A stretch of 64,000 nucleotides of DNA from Candidatus Eiseniibacteriota bacterium. GTDB taxonomy: Bacteria > Eisenbacteria > RBG-16-71-46. The DNA is taken from assembly GCA_963725865.1 (NCBI GenBank), contig CAVSAC010000010.1, positions 448,001 to 512,000 of the forward strand. Direction: 5' to 3'. The translations under genes were made by a program, and so were the position numbers. This document shows positions 39,101-47,947 of the stretch, in pieces. Position 1 is the first letter of the stretch. Each line of letters starts with the position of its first letter. The notes below the pieces were generated by a model that did not search any database, was not told the origin of the DNA, and was given only the letters and a program-made list of their open reading frames with translations.

Positions 39101-40786
39101 CCGGGGGTGGGCGGCGTCACCACCGACGTGCGGGTCGGAGCGCTCGATCTCAAGCTCGCCGACACGCTCGGGGCGCGGATCGACCGGCCCGGCCGCATCG
39201 TGCGCCGGCTGCGCCTGCGCAGCGGCACGCAGCTGCTGGCCGACCGGCTGGTCGCCGCCGGCGCCGACAGCGTGCTGGCGCTCACGCTCTCGCCGCTGCT
39301 CGCGGTGCCGGTGAACACTCCGACCGAGATGCGGCTCACCGCCGAGCTCTCCGACACCGCCTCGCTGGGACCGTTCCGGCTCGAGCTCGGGGACAGCGCG
39401 CGCTTCGACGCCCGCGATCCCAACACCGGCAACCGGGTGCCCATCCGGTTCGCGAGCCCGCCGCTGCACGGCCCCGCGGTGCTGGTGGAGGAGCGTGCGG
39501 ATTCGGCGTGGGTGCTGGGCGTGCCGGAGCTGCCCGCGGAGGTCGGGCTGGGCGCGCGCGGGGTGACGGCGCTCTCGGTGCGCCTGAGGCACCCGGGTGG
39601 TGCGCGCACCGGCCGGCTGCGAGTCGACTCGCTGGTCGTGCGCTGCGTCGACGCCTCGGGCACGGGCTTGGCGCCGGCGCCCTACCTCGACCGGCTGCAG
39701 GTGCTGTGGAACGGAGCGCTCGCCGCAACGGTCTCCGATCCACCCGCCACCGGCAGCACGCTGCTCGCGATGCTGCCCGGCTTCACGCTCGAGAGCGGCG
39801 ACAGCGCGCGCGTGACGTTCGTGCTGGACTTCGAGTCCGCCGCCCCGACCACCACCTTCGCACTCGAGCTGGGCGCCGCGGGGCTCGACATCGACGACGC
39901 CAACCTCGACCTGCCGGCGCTGCCGGTGGTGGAGAACGACGGGGAGTTCCCACTGCGCTCGGGCGTGGCGCGTCTGGTGGCGCCCTCGCGCCTGGTCCAG
40001 GTGGACCTCGACGACGCGATGCCCGCGGTGCTCGCGCCCGACGGCCAGCTGCGGACGGCGGGTGTCGTGCGGCTGACGAACGGCGCGGCGCCGGGCTCGG
40101 GCCCGGTGCGGATCTCCTATCTCGCGGTGCGCGCCCGCGGCGCCGCCGGCGACGTGCCGCTCGGCGGCGAGGTCTGGCGCGTGCAGCTGACCCGGGACGG
40201 CGTGCTGTTCGCGAGCGGCGCGGCGCTCACCTCCGACTCGCTCACGTCCGTGGTCTCGTTCCCCACCGAGCTGCAGCTCGAGCCCGGGGTGCCCGTGGAT
40301 CTGACGCTGCGCTTCGCGACCCGCCCGGGGCCCGCGCTGGCCTCGTTCGCGCTCGCGCTCGAGGCGGCCGACATCGGCGTGGTGCAGCCGGGCAGTCCGC
40401 TGCTCGACGTCTCGGTGCTGCCGACTCCGGGGCGCACCTTCCCGCTCGCGACCTCGGTCGGCAGCTATGCCGCCGCGTCGCTGGCCGGGAGCTGGTCGAG
40501 CTTCCCGAATCCGTTCGTGCCCGAGCAGGGCGGCACCACGTTCGCCTACTACCTGCCGGCGGCGGGGCGCGTTTCGCTCGCGATCTGGACCGCGCGCGGC
40601 GAGCGCGTCGCCACGTTGCTCGACGGCGAGGCGCGCGCGGCGGGACTCCACCAGAGCGACGTCTGGAACGGCCGCAACGGGCGCGGCGCGCTGGTGCAGC
40701 CGGGCGTGTACGTGGCCGAGCTGACGGTGCGGCTCGACGACGGCCGCTCCGAGCAGCTGCGACGCAAGGTGGCGGTGGTCCGGTGA
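36119..40786 (+). CDS. Large (1555 aa) secreted multi-domain beta-rich protein with C-terminal FlgD-like sorting domain
   Basis: GGAGG RBS, signal peptide, internal repeats, C-terminal SFPNPF.P...F.YYL...WNGRNGRG..V.PGVY. Confidence 0.88.
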   Translation: MVGFRAKALLIASIALGGALSAAAAPAGSGSAAGRPAGATLLGSIDVSASQTGRTLRPGDARVPVYVLAMTYNALLVGSETVTEIAFENRTAGPGNTAQKDTEWQSLALSWSRRAADALSPASATRAAAWTGGTVRFTGLNIPFGIGDSAYVVVWGAPSLAARDADALDLRIPSTGSILTGGGSSVNVTNGSTLDPAASFPVDGMSAAQVMLSPVLTPYFPIGAAGQLALAVRVPPNGYAADRLERLEFVNLGTAAVHSDIAALDAWIDDGDGIYEPGQEAWLGAPAFTGTSWVLGLASPIDLPLPTGAWIYLTVDVSEQAKEGATVQLALPGGSAGTQAFTVTSGNDGPNDRAIANPAQSVISLVDRVVVSPIPLPSGFARPGEARVPLFAMTATNVYTDARALTGLVLTHATSGPGTAAERDAEIQRVELRLDGNSDGVLGDFVSDPVLATAVFANGRASFSGFSVSLAPGAKRSLFVTGDVSLLHAADGDPLAATVGTREDLAFDRSTTLSGSFPLSSANAWTVDGMIAAQVGNAGAPPQTLAPNDGPREALDLLVHGNGYQDDVLQRLSVTNLGTAGTTDLAEVRLWRDGGDGAFNAGAGDDADLGAMAAGADTWDSGALAVALGPAGTRLFVSVSAGGAPADSATVRLAVPVKGIAVASGNDGPVDVPVANPDALLLANRGLLASLAFDAAAVTAGQTVTLTMTVRSTASESLLAVTPSAPALAGSARLGPLSGPSPASRALAPGASGAFAWTYSADSAGTVHAIANAAGTGASSGQPVSSLDTRSGALRVFARADSLPLQVFDAMPQSVTRGQRGVLPLYLTFVHPDPDGSPVKVTGFTVRLEREDGSDVAPASLLARAVVLAASETLLTRSTLETSGADLDLALAIPAIVAGSDPTTLVLALDVADSTVVPDFRIVIAAASRVRAEDGATGAPVTIRLQSPTWPVRSGLARVQAGATQLEVAAAPLPPVRASRGQTEVPLGTFTLWSPGVGGVTTDVRVGALDLKLADTLGARIDRPGRIVRRLRLRSGTQLLADRLVAAGADSVLALTLSPLLAVPVNTPTEMRLTAELSDTASLGPFRLELGDSARFDARDPNTGNRVPIRFASPPLHGPAVLVEERADSAWVLGVPELPAEVGLGARGVTALSVRLRHPGGARTGRLRVDSLVVRCVDASGTGLAPAPYLDRLQVLWNGALAATVSDPPATGSTLLAMLPGFTLESGDSARVTFVLDFESAAPTTTFALELGAAGLDIDDANLDLPALPVVENDGEFPLRSGVARLVAPSRLVQVDLDDAMPAVLAPDGQLRTAGVVRLTNGAAPGSGPVRISYLAVRARGAAGDVPLGGEVWRVQLTRDGVLFASGAALTSDSLTSVVSFPTELQLEPGVPVDLTLRFATRPGPALASFALALEAADIGVVQPGSPLLDVSVLPTPGRTFPLATSVGSYAAASLAGSWSSFPNPFVPEQGGTTFAYYLPAAGRVSLAIWTARGERVATLLDGEARAAGLHQSDVWNGRNGRGALVQPGVYVAELTVRLDDGRSEQLRRKVAVVR

Positions 40787-42822
40787 GCGCCCCGACCGCG
40801 ACCCGTCGCCGCGTCGCCCTGGCCCGCGCGGCATGCGTGCTGGCGCTGGTGTCCTGCGCCGCGGGCCACTCGCGGGCCGCCGACGACGCGGGCACCCGGT
40901 CGGTGTTCGCGACCGGCGCCGGCAACCGCGCCCTCGCGCTCGGATCCGCGTTCTGCGCGCTGGCCGACGACGCCTCGGCGCTGCTCTGGAACCCGGGCGG
41001 ACTCGGCGGCGTGGAGCGCGCGGAGTTCCAGGTCGGCGAGGCGAGCCTCAACGACCTCGGCTTCCGCGAGACGTTCGTGGGCTACGTCCATCCCGACTGG
41101 CGCTGGGGCACCGCCGCACTCGCGGTGCGGCACTACGGCGTGGACGGGATCGACGGCCGCGACGCGCGCAACCTGCCGACCGGCGAGTTCGGGGACCGCG
41201 AGACCGAGTTGGCGCTCGGCTACGGCCGGGCGCTGGGCGAGGCCTTCCGCGTCGGCCTCGCGGGGCGCGTGCGGCGACAGGATCTGGCGGGCCGCTCCGG
41301 CATGGGCGTGGGGGCCGATGCCGGGGTCGAGTTCCGGCCCGGCGCGGTGTTCGACTCCGAGGCGGGCTGGATGCGCGACCTGCAGGTGGGCGTGGCGCTG
41401 CAGAACCTGATCGAGCCCTCGATCCGGCTGGACCGCGCGAGCGTGCCCGATCCCCTCACGCTGCGCGCCGGGCTGTCGATCGCGCGTCCGCTCGCGCTGG
41501 GCGGCGTGATCGCGAGCGTCGAGCTCGAGCAGGTGCGCGACGTGGGCGCGCGCGCCCACGCCGGGATCGAGTGGAACGCGCATCCGCTGCTGTCGCTGCG
41601 CAGCGGCCTGGACGACGGCGTGCTGACCGCAGGCTTGGGCATTCGACTCGGCTCGAGCGCGTTCGAGTACGCGTTCGCCGATCCCGCCACCGGTCCCACC
41701 CATCGCGCCGGACTGACATGGCGCTTCGGCCGCTCGGTGACCGACGCGCGGCAGTTCGCGGAGCGTGCCGAGGAGGAGCGCGTGCAGCAGCGGCTGGTGG
41801 CGCTCGAGCGCGAGCGCGAGCGCGATCGCGTCGCGAACCTGATGGCCGGCGCCGAGGCGGCGCGCGCCGCCGGGCGCTCGGAGGAGGCGCTCGAGGCGCT
41901 CGCCACGCTGCTCGCGATCGATTCGACGTTCGCGCCGGCGCGCGCGCTGCGGGTGGCGAGTCTGGGCGACCGCGCGCGCGCGCTCGAGTCCGCGGGCGAC
42001 TGGGCCGAGGCGTCGGTGGCGTGGGCGCGCGCGCTCGGCGAGGCCCCCGGGGACACCACCGCCGCCGCGGGTCTCGCCCGCACCCGCGCCGAGAGCGATC
42101 TGCGAGCCGTGCGCTCGGCGGAGATCCGCAAGGCCTTCGCCGCCGCGCTGGACGCGTTCGCGGCCGACGACCTGGCGGGCGCGCGCGCGGGCCTCGCCCG
42201 CATCCTCGCGCAGAACCCGGGCGACGGCGAGGTGCAGGCGATGCTGAGGCGCGTGGAGGCGGCGATCGGACGGCGGACCGAGGCGTGGCTGCGGCAGGCG
42301 GACGCCCTGCGGCAGGCCGGCTCGCTCGACGAGGCCGCCGCCCTGATCGAGCGCGCGCGCAGCCTCGACCCGCGCACGCCCGGACTCGCGGCGGCGACCG
42401 GCGCGCTCGCGCGCGCCGCGGCGCCGGGCACTCCGCCGCGCGCGAGCGCGCCGGCCCGGACCGCGCGGCCCGCGGCACCGGCCGCCCCGGCGGTCCTCTC
42501 GCACGAATCGGAGCGCCAGGTCGCGGAACTCTATCGGCGCGGCCTCGACGCCCTCCAGCACGGCCAGTCGGACGACGCGCTGCGCGCGCTCGAGCAGGTG
42601 CGCGCGCTGCGCCCGGGCTACGCGCGCGTGGACGAGGTGCTCAAGCGCGAGTACCTGACGCGCGGCATGGAGCTGTTCTCGACCGGGCGCCTGGACGCCG
42701 CGGTGCGGATGTGGGAGAGCGCGCTCCGGGTGGATCCGCACGATCCGCGCGCGCTCGGGTACCTGGCGCGCGCGCACGAGCAGCTGGCGCGCTCGCGCGA
42801 GATCTCGCAGGACGAGCCATGA
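40783..42822 (+). CDS. PorV/PorQ-family beta-barrel fused to a C-terminal TPR region
   Basis: GAGNRALALGSAF.ALADDASALLWNPGGL motif; barrel ends at about HRAGLTWRFG; about 350 aa of helical/TPR-like sequence follows; GTGA overlap. Confidence 0.8.
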   Translation: MSAPTATRRRVALARAACVLALVSCAAGHSRAADDAGTRSVFATGAGNRALALGSAFCALADDASALLWNPGGLGGVERAEFQVGEASLNDLGFRETFVGYVHPDWRWGTAALAVRHYGVDGIDGRDARNLPTGEFGDRETELALGYGRALGEAFRVGLAGRVRRQDLAGRSGMGVGADAGVEFRPGAVFDSEAGWMRDLQVGVALQNLIEPSIRLDRASVPDPLTLRAGLSIARPLALGGVIASVELEQVRDVGARAHAGIEWNAHPLLSLRSGLDDGVLTAGLGIRLGSSAFEYAFADPATGPTHRAGLTWRFGRSVTDARQFAERAEEERVQQRLVALERERERDRVANLMAGAEAARAAGRSEEALEALATLLAIDSTFAPARALRVASLGDRARALESAGDWAEASVAWARALGEAPGDTTAAAGLARTRAESDLRAVRSAEIRKAFAAALDAFAADDLAGARAGLARILAQNPGDGEVQAMLRRVEAAIGRRTEAWLRQADALRQAGSLDEAAALIERARSLDPRTPGLAAATGALARAAAPGTPPRASAPARTARPAAPAAPAVLSHESERQVAELYRRGLDALQHGQSDDALRALEQVRALRPGYARVDEVLKREYLTRGMELFSTGRLDAAVRMWESALRVDPHDPRALGYLARAHEQLARSREISQDEP

Positions 42823-44882
42823 GCGCCCGCGCCCGCATCAGCATGCGCGTGGTGGTGATCTCGGCGACGGTGGCGATCGTGGCCGCGGCGGTGCTGTGCG
42901 TCGGAGCGGTCGCCGAACGCAACACGCGGCAGGCCCTCACCCGCGAGGCGCAGGCGCGACTGCTGCTGGAGGCCCGCAACCTCGCGCTCACCGGGGCCGG
43001 CGCGCTGCTGAGCGAGCTGCCCGAGCTCACGCTCTGCCCGGTGGTGCGCGAGCTCACCGAGTCGCGGCCCGAGCTGGCGTTCGCGGTGGTGCTCGATCAC
43101 CGCGGCGTGGTCCAGGGCCACCGCGACGCGCGCGCCCTGGGGGGCACGTGGCGCCTGCCCGCAGGGCTCGCGCCGGTCGCCACCACCGCCCGCCTGCGCG
43201 CGGGCGAGGCGCTGCTCGGCGATCCCGACCTGCTGGTGGCCTCGGTGCCCGTGGCCAGCGCCGCCGGGCAGCGGCTGGGCCTCGCGGTGGTCGGCCTGCG
43301 CCGCGCCTACGTCGAGCAGACCGTCGCCGCCGCGCGGCGACAGCAGCTGCTGCTGGTCGCGCTGGTGCTGGCGGCGGGGAGCGTGCTCGCGTTCCTGCTG
43401 CTGACCGCGCTGCTGCGTCCCATCGGGGCGCTGCGCGCGGGCCTCGAGCGCATCGGGCGCGGCGACCTCGATGCCCCGATCGCGCTCCGCAGCGGGACCG
43501 AGCTGGGACTGCTCGCCGACGCGGTCGACGACATGGCGGCCCGCCTCAAGGTCGCGCGGCACGAGATGGTCGAGAAGGAACGGCTGGCGCGCGACGTCGA
43601 GCTGGCGCGTCAGATCCAGGAGCACCTGCTGCCGGCCGGCTCCCGCACGGTCGGCGACTTCACGCTGTGCGGCTCGCACCGCGCCGCGGCCGAGGTCGGC
43701 GGCGACTACTTCGATCTGCTCCCGCTCGCGGACGGACGCTGGGCGGTCGCGATCGCCGATGTCTCCGGCAAGGGGCTGGGCGGCTGCCTGGTGATGTCGA
43801 TGGTGTCCGCGCTGCTGCGGGCGCTGCGCGCCGAGCATCACTCGCCGGCCGCGCTGCTCGCGGCACTCGAGGAGCAGCTCGCTCCCACCCTGACCCCCGG
43901 CACCTTCGTGACGATGTTCTACGGCACCCTCGACCCGGCGAGCGGCACGCTTCAGTACGCCTCGGCCGGCCACTCCCCGCTGCTGGTGTGGCGCGCGGCC
44001 GCGGCCCAGGTCGAGTGGCACCCCACGCGCGGCATCCCGATCGGCGCGGTGCGCGGCGGAGTGCTGCGCGGCACGCTGGAGGATCGCACCGTGACGCTGG
44101 AGCCCGGCGACCTGCTGTTCCAGTTCACCGACGGCGCCAGCGAGGCCACCGACCCGGCCGAGCGGGAGTTCGGCTTCGACGGCATCGAACGCGTCGTGAT
44201 CGAGCACGCCGCCCGCGGTGCCGAGGCGGTGGTCGCGGCACTCGGCGACGCGCTCGCGCGGTGGTCCGGCGGCGGGGCGCCGGCCGACGACCAGACCCTG
44301 CTCGCGGTGGCGCGCGCCGCGCCGCTCGCCGGCGCGATCCCGGCGCGAGCCCCGCTCGCGGCCGCCGACCCGCTCGCGCTGCTCGAGCACGCGCGCGCGC
44401 GCGGCCATCGACTGGAGCTCGCTCCGCGGCTCGCGGCGCTCGAGGCGCTGGGCCCGTGGATCGCCGGCCTCCCCGACGTCGGCGCGCTCGACGCGGACGC
44501 GCGCCTGGTCATCGAGTCGGCGCTCCACGAGCTGTGCGCCAACGTGGTGGAGCACGGATCGGCGCCGGGCGCCGAGGCGCCGCTCGAGCTCTGGTGGCTC
44601 CCGGCCATCGATCCGGCCGGCGGAACCGCCGAGCGCGTGCGGGCCGGGTGCTTCGTGCTCCGCGACCGCGGCTTCCCGTTCCGCCCCGAGCGGCGCCATC
44701 CGTTCGATCCCGCGCACCACGAGGCGTGGCGTCGCGGGCGTGGTCTGGGGCTCGAGCTGATCCACCGCGCGCTGAGCGAAGTGGTCTTCCGGCCGGGGAC
44801 GGCCGCCGGCAATCTCACGCTGCTGGCGTTCGATCCCGGACGCGCCGTTGTCCAACCCGAGGAGCGACGACATGGCGGATGA
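42819..44882 (+). CDS. Membrane sensor: TM-periplasmic domain-TM-HAMP-SpoIIE/PP2C phosphatase-RsbW-like HATPase
   Basis: ELARQIQ..LLP, VGGDYFD, IADVSGKG, FTDG, DDQT; then ELCANVVEHG, RDRG.PF, GRGLGL. Confidence 0.9.
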   Translation: MSARARISMRVVVISATVAIVAAAVLCVGAVAERNTRQALTREAQARLLLEARNLALTGAGALLSELPELTLCPVVRELTESRPELAFAVVLDHRGVVQGHRDARALGGTWRLPAGLAPVATTARLRAGEALLGDPDLLVASVPVASAAGQRLGLAVVGLRRAYVEQTVAAARRQQLLLVALVLAAGSVLAFLLLTALLRPIGALRAGLERIGRGDLDAPIALRSGTELGLLADAVDDMAARLKVARHEMVEKERLARDVELARQIQEHLLPAGSRTVGDFTLCGSHRAAAEVGGDYFDLLPLADGRWAVAIADVSGKGLGGCLVMSMVSALLRALRAEHHSPAALLAALEEQLAPTLTPGTFVTMFYGTLDPASGTLQYASAGHSPLLVWRAAAAQVEWHPTRGIPIGAVRGGVLRGTLEDRTVTLEPGDLLFQFTDGASEATDPAEREFGFDGIERVVIEHAARGAEAVVAALGDALARWSGGGAPADDQTLLAVARAAPLAGAIPARAPLAAADPLALLEHARARGHRLELAPRLAALEALGPWIAGLPDVGALDADARLVIESALHELCANVVEHGSAPGAEAPLELWWLPAIDPAGGTAERVRAGCFVLRDRGFPFRPERRHPFDPAHHEAWRRGRGLGLELIHRALSEVVFRPGTAAGNLTLLAFDPGRAVVQPEERRHGG

Positions 44883-45222
44883 CTTCGAGATCGAGATCGA
44901 TCGCAGCCACCCACCGGCCACCGTGGTGCGCGTGCGCGGCCGCGTCGATGGCCGCACCGCCCCGCGCCTGCTGCGCGAGAGCCTGGCGGCTCGCCGCGCG
45001 GGTGCGCTGCTGCTGCTGAACCTCGCCGAGGTGCGTTTCATCTCCTCGGCCGGAGTCGGCGCGCTCATGGTGCTGGCCGAGACGCTCGGCAAGGAAGGTG
45101 GCGGACTGCGGCTGGCTCCGGTGTCGGGCGCGGTGCGGACCGTGCTCGGCCTGCTCAACCTGGACCAGTTCCTCAGGATCGGCGAGACCGAGGACGAAGC
45201 GCTCGGCCGGCTGGGCAGCTGA
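44872..45222 (+). CDS. STAS-domain anti-sigma factor antagonist
   Basis: GRVD, LNLAEVRFISSAGVGAL (phosphoacceptor Ser context), 116 aa. Confidence 0.92.
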   Translation: MADDFEIEIDRSHPPATVVRVRGRVDGRTAPRLLRESLAARRAGALLLLNLAEVRFISSAGVGALMVLAETLGKEGGGLRLAPVSGAVRTVLGLLNLDQFLRIGETEDEALGRLGS

Positions 45223-45223
45223 C

Positions 45224-46555
45224 ATGGGCGAGCCCGCACGCGATCGCACTCCAGGCCGCGGCCGGCGCCCGCGGCCGCCGCGGCTGACGCCGCTCCCGCC
45301 GGGACCGCGCGAGTTGCCGGACGCGCGGCTGGCGGAGCGGCGCGAGAACTCGCTGATGGCACTGTTCGAGCTGAGTCACGAACTCGATCTGTCGCGCGAC
45401 CCGTTCGCGATGGGCGAGCTCGCGCTCCTCAATCTGCTGGGACACTTCGGGACGCCGCGCGCCGCGGTGTGGGGCTTCCCCGCGGACGATCCCGACGCGG
45501 CCGTGCCGCTGGCGGCCTTCGGGCTGCCGGAGGGCGAGGCGGCCGCACTCGGACCGCGGCTGCGGCAGGCGCCCGAGCCGGCGGGCGCGGCCGACGGCGA
45601 ACCGAAGGAGCTCGAGCTGCCGGCCGCGGCGCGACAGGCGGGATTCGCGGCAGTGGTGCCGATCCTCGCGCGCGATCGGCGCATCGGCGTGCTGGCGCTC
45701 GGCGCGCGGGTGGGCGGCGAGCCCTACCGGAGCCTCGACCTCGACCACCTGCGGACCGCGGCGCGCATGCTGGGCGCGGCGCTCGAGAACGCCCGCCTCC
45801 AGCAGCACACCGCCGAAGTCAACCGCCGGCTGCGCCGCGCGAACGAGGAGCTCACCCAGGCCGACCACCTCAAGGCGCAGTTCGTCCAGAACGTGAACCA
45901 CGAGATGCGCACGCCACTCGCGGTGCTGCAGGGCTACCTCGAGATCCTGGCGGACGCCGAGGGCGCGAGCGAGCTCCAGATGCGCGCGTGCGAGGCGATG
46001 CTGGTGCAGATCGAGCGGCTGACGCGCATGGTGCGGGACCTGCTCGAATACTCCGCGCTCTCCGACGGGGCCGGACGCGCGACGCTCGAACCGGTGGCTT
46101 TGCCGGCCGCGCTCGAGCGCTACGCCGCCGAGCGCCGCCCCGGCGTGCTCGCGGGGCTGCGCACGCTCGAGACGCGGATCGAGGAACCCCTGCCGGCCGC
46201 GCTGGCCGATCCCCGCCGTCTCGAGCGCACGCTCGACGCGCTGGTCGACAACGCGATGCGCTTCACCCCGCCCGGCACCCGGATCGTGATCCGCGCCGCC
46301 GTGCTCCAGCGCGCGGACGAGCGCTGGCTGGGGATCGAGGTCGTGGACGACGGTCCGGGGATCGAGCCGGACCGTCTCGAGCGGCTGTTCGACGCGTTCC
46401 GCCAGGGGGACGGCTCGAGCACCCGCACCGTCGGTGGCCTCGGCCTCGGGCTCGCGCTGGCGCGCGAGCAGGCGGCCAGCATGGAAGGCGGGCTGGAGGC
46501 CGAGAGCACGCCCGGTCGGGGGGCCACGTTCCGACTGCTGCTGCGGCCGGCGTGA
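45224..46555 (+). CDS. Cytoplasmic GAF-domain sensor histidine kinase
   Basis: H-box NVNHEMRTPL, N-box LVDNAMRFT, DDGPGI, FDAFRQ and GGLGLGL; no TM segment. Confidence 0.9.
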   Translation: MGEPARDRTPGRGRRPRPPRLTPLPPGPRELPDARLAERRENSLMALFELSHELDLSRDPFAMGELALLNLLGHFGTPRAAVWGFPADDPDAAVPLAAFGLPEGEAAALGPRLRQAPEPAGAADGEPKELELPAAARQAGFAAVVPILARDRRIGVLALGARVGGEPYRSLDLDHLRTAARMLGAALENARLQQHTAEVNRRLRRANEELTQADHLKAQFVQNVNHEMRTPLAVLQGYLEILADAEGASELQMRACEAMLVQIERLTRMVRDLLEYSALSDGAGRATLEPVALPAALERYAAERRPGVLAGLRTLETRIEEPLPAALADPRRLERTLDALVDNAMRFTPPGTRIVIRAAVLQRADERWLGIEVVDDGPGIEPDRLERLFDAFRQGDGSSTRTVGGLGLGLALAREQAASMEGGLEAESTPGRGATFRLLLRPA

Positions 46556-46585
46556 TCCGCGGGCGCGCGTGGTACCGCGCGCCGC

Positions 46586-47947
46586 TCAGCGCGACTCGCC
46601 GCCGGCCTCGCCGCCCGCGGTGCCTTCTTGCGCGCGCTTCGCCAGCAGGGCCTCCCACGCCCGCATGCGGCGCGCGATCTCGGCCTCGTGCCCGTGAGTC
46701 GTCGGCTCGTAGAAGCGCCGGCCCACCAGCTCGTCCGGCAGGTGCTGCTGGTCGGCGATGCCGCCGGCCTCGTCGTGCGCGTAGCGGTAGCCGGCGCCGT
46801 AGCCGAGCTCCTTCATCAGGCGCGTGGGCGCGTTGCGGATCACCAGCGGCGGCGCCAGCGAGCCGCTCTCCTCGACCTCGGCCTGCGCCTTGCCCAGGCC
46901 CAGGTACACGGCGTTGCTCTTGGCCGCGGTCGCCAGGTAGGCGCAGCATTGGGCGATCGCCAGCTCGCCCTCGGGGGTGCCGAGCTGGTGATAGGCCTGG
47001 AACGCGGCCACCGCGATCACCAGCGCCTGGGGGTCGGCGTTGCCCACGTCCTCGCTCGCGAAGCGCACCAGCCGGCGCGCGACGTACAGCGGATCCTCGC
47101 CGGCGGCGAACATGCGCGCCAGCCAGTAGAGCCCGGCGTGCGGGTCGGAGTCGCGCAGCGACTTGTGGAGCGCCGAGATCAGGTTGTAGTGCTCCTCGCC
47201 CGCGCGGTCGTAACGCAGGTGGCGGCGCGCGAGCGCCTGGCGCGCGCTGTCGAGCGTGATGCGCCCCTGCACCGCCGCGGCCGCCGCCAGCTCGAGCGCC
47301 CCGAGCGCGCGCCGCGCGTCGCCGTCGCCGGCGTTCGCCAGCAGGTCGAGCGCCTCGGGATCGGCGGTGAGCGAGCCGCCGATGCCGCGCTCGGGGTCGG
47401 CGAGCGCGCGCTCCAGCAGCGTGCGCAGGTCGGCGGGCGCGAGATCCTTCAGCACCACCACGCGGGCGCGCGAGAGCAGCGCCGCATTCACCTCGAAGGA
47501 GGGGTTCTCGGTGGTGGCGCCGATCAGCACGATGTCGCCCTTCTCGACGTGCGAGAGGAACGCGTCCTGCTGAGCCTTGTTGAAGCGGTGGATCTCGTCC
47601 ACGAACAGCAGCGTCGGCCGGCCCGAGCGGCGGCGCTCGAGCACCGCGCGCTCCATGGTCTCGCGCACCTCCTTCACGCCCGAGAGCACGGCGCTGAACT
47701 GCACGAACCGCACGCCGGCGGTCTGCGCGAGCAGGCGCGCGATGGTGGTCTTGCCGGTGCCCGGCGGACCCCACAGCACGACGGAGGCGAGGTGCTTGCC
47801 GTCGCGCATGAGCGCGAGCGGCGAGCCCGGCGCGAACAGGTGCTCCTGCCCGACCAGCTCGTCGAACGTCCGCGGGCGCATGCGGTCGGCGAGCGGGCTG
47901 CGGCTCGCGGACTCAGGCGCTACACCGCCGAACAGGTCCTCGCTCAT
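46586..47947 (-). CDS. rarA: Replication-associated recombination protein A
   Basis: [36 protein letters not shown] and ISALHKS motifs. Confidence 0.96.
   Translation of the reverse strand: MSEDLFGGVAPESASRSPLADRMRPRTFDELVGQEHLFAPGSPLALMRDGKHLASVVLWGPPGTGKTTIARLLAQTAGVRFVQFSAVLSGVKEVRETMERAVLERRRSGRPTLLFVDEIHRFNKAQQDAFLSHVEKGDIVLIGATTENPSFEVNAALLSRARVVVLKDLAPADLRTLLERALADPERGIGGSLTADPEALDLLANAGDGDARRALGALELAAAAAVQGRITLDSARQALARRHLRYDRAGEEHYNLISALHKSLRDSDPHAGLYWLARMFAAGEDPLYVARRLVRFASEDVGNADPQALVIAVAAFQAYHQLGTPEGELAIAQCCAYLATAAKSNAVYLGLGKAQAEVEESGSLAPPLVIRNAPTRLMKELGYGAGYRYAHDEAGGIADQQHLPDELVGRRFYEPTTHGHEAEIARRMRAWEALLAKRAQEGTAGGEAGGESR

Noticed and set aside
36023..40834. 1603-aa antisense ORF and many other long overlapping ORFs (e.g. 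172-1956, 12532-14892, 24298-26805, 42618-45362)
   Set aside because: Arg/Ala/Gly-rich shadow frames caused by the scarcity of stop codons at very high GC; they overlap motif-supported genes.
37972..44882. ORF-track giant versions of the PorV-TPR (1616 aa) and PP2C (1349 aa) proteins
   Set aside because: The N-terminal extensions are off-frame read-through of upstream genes; coupled starts at 40783 and 42819 give proper signal or TM N-termini.
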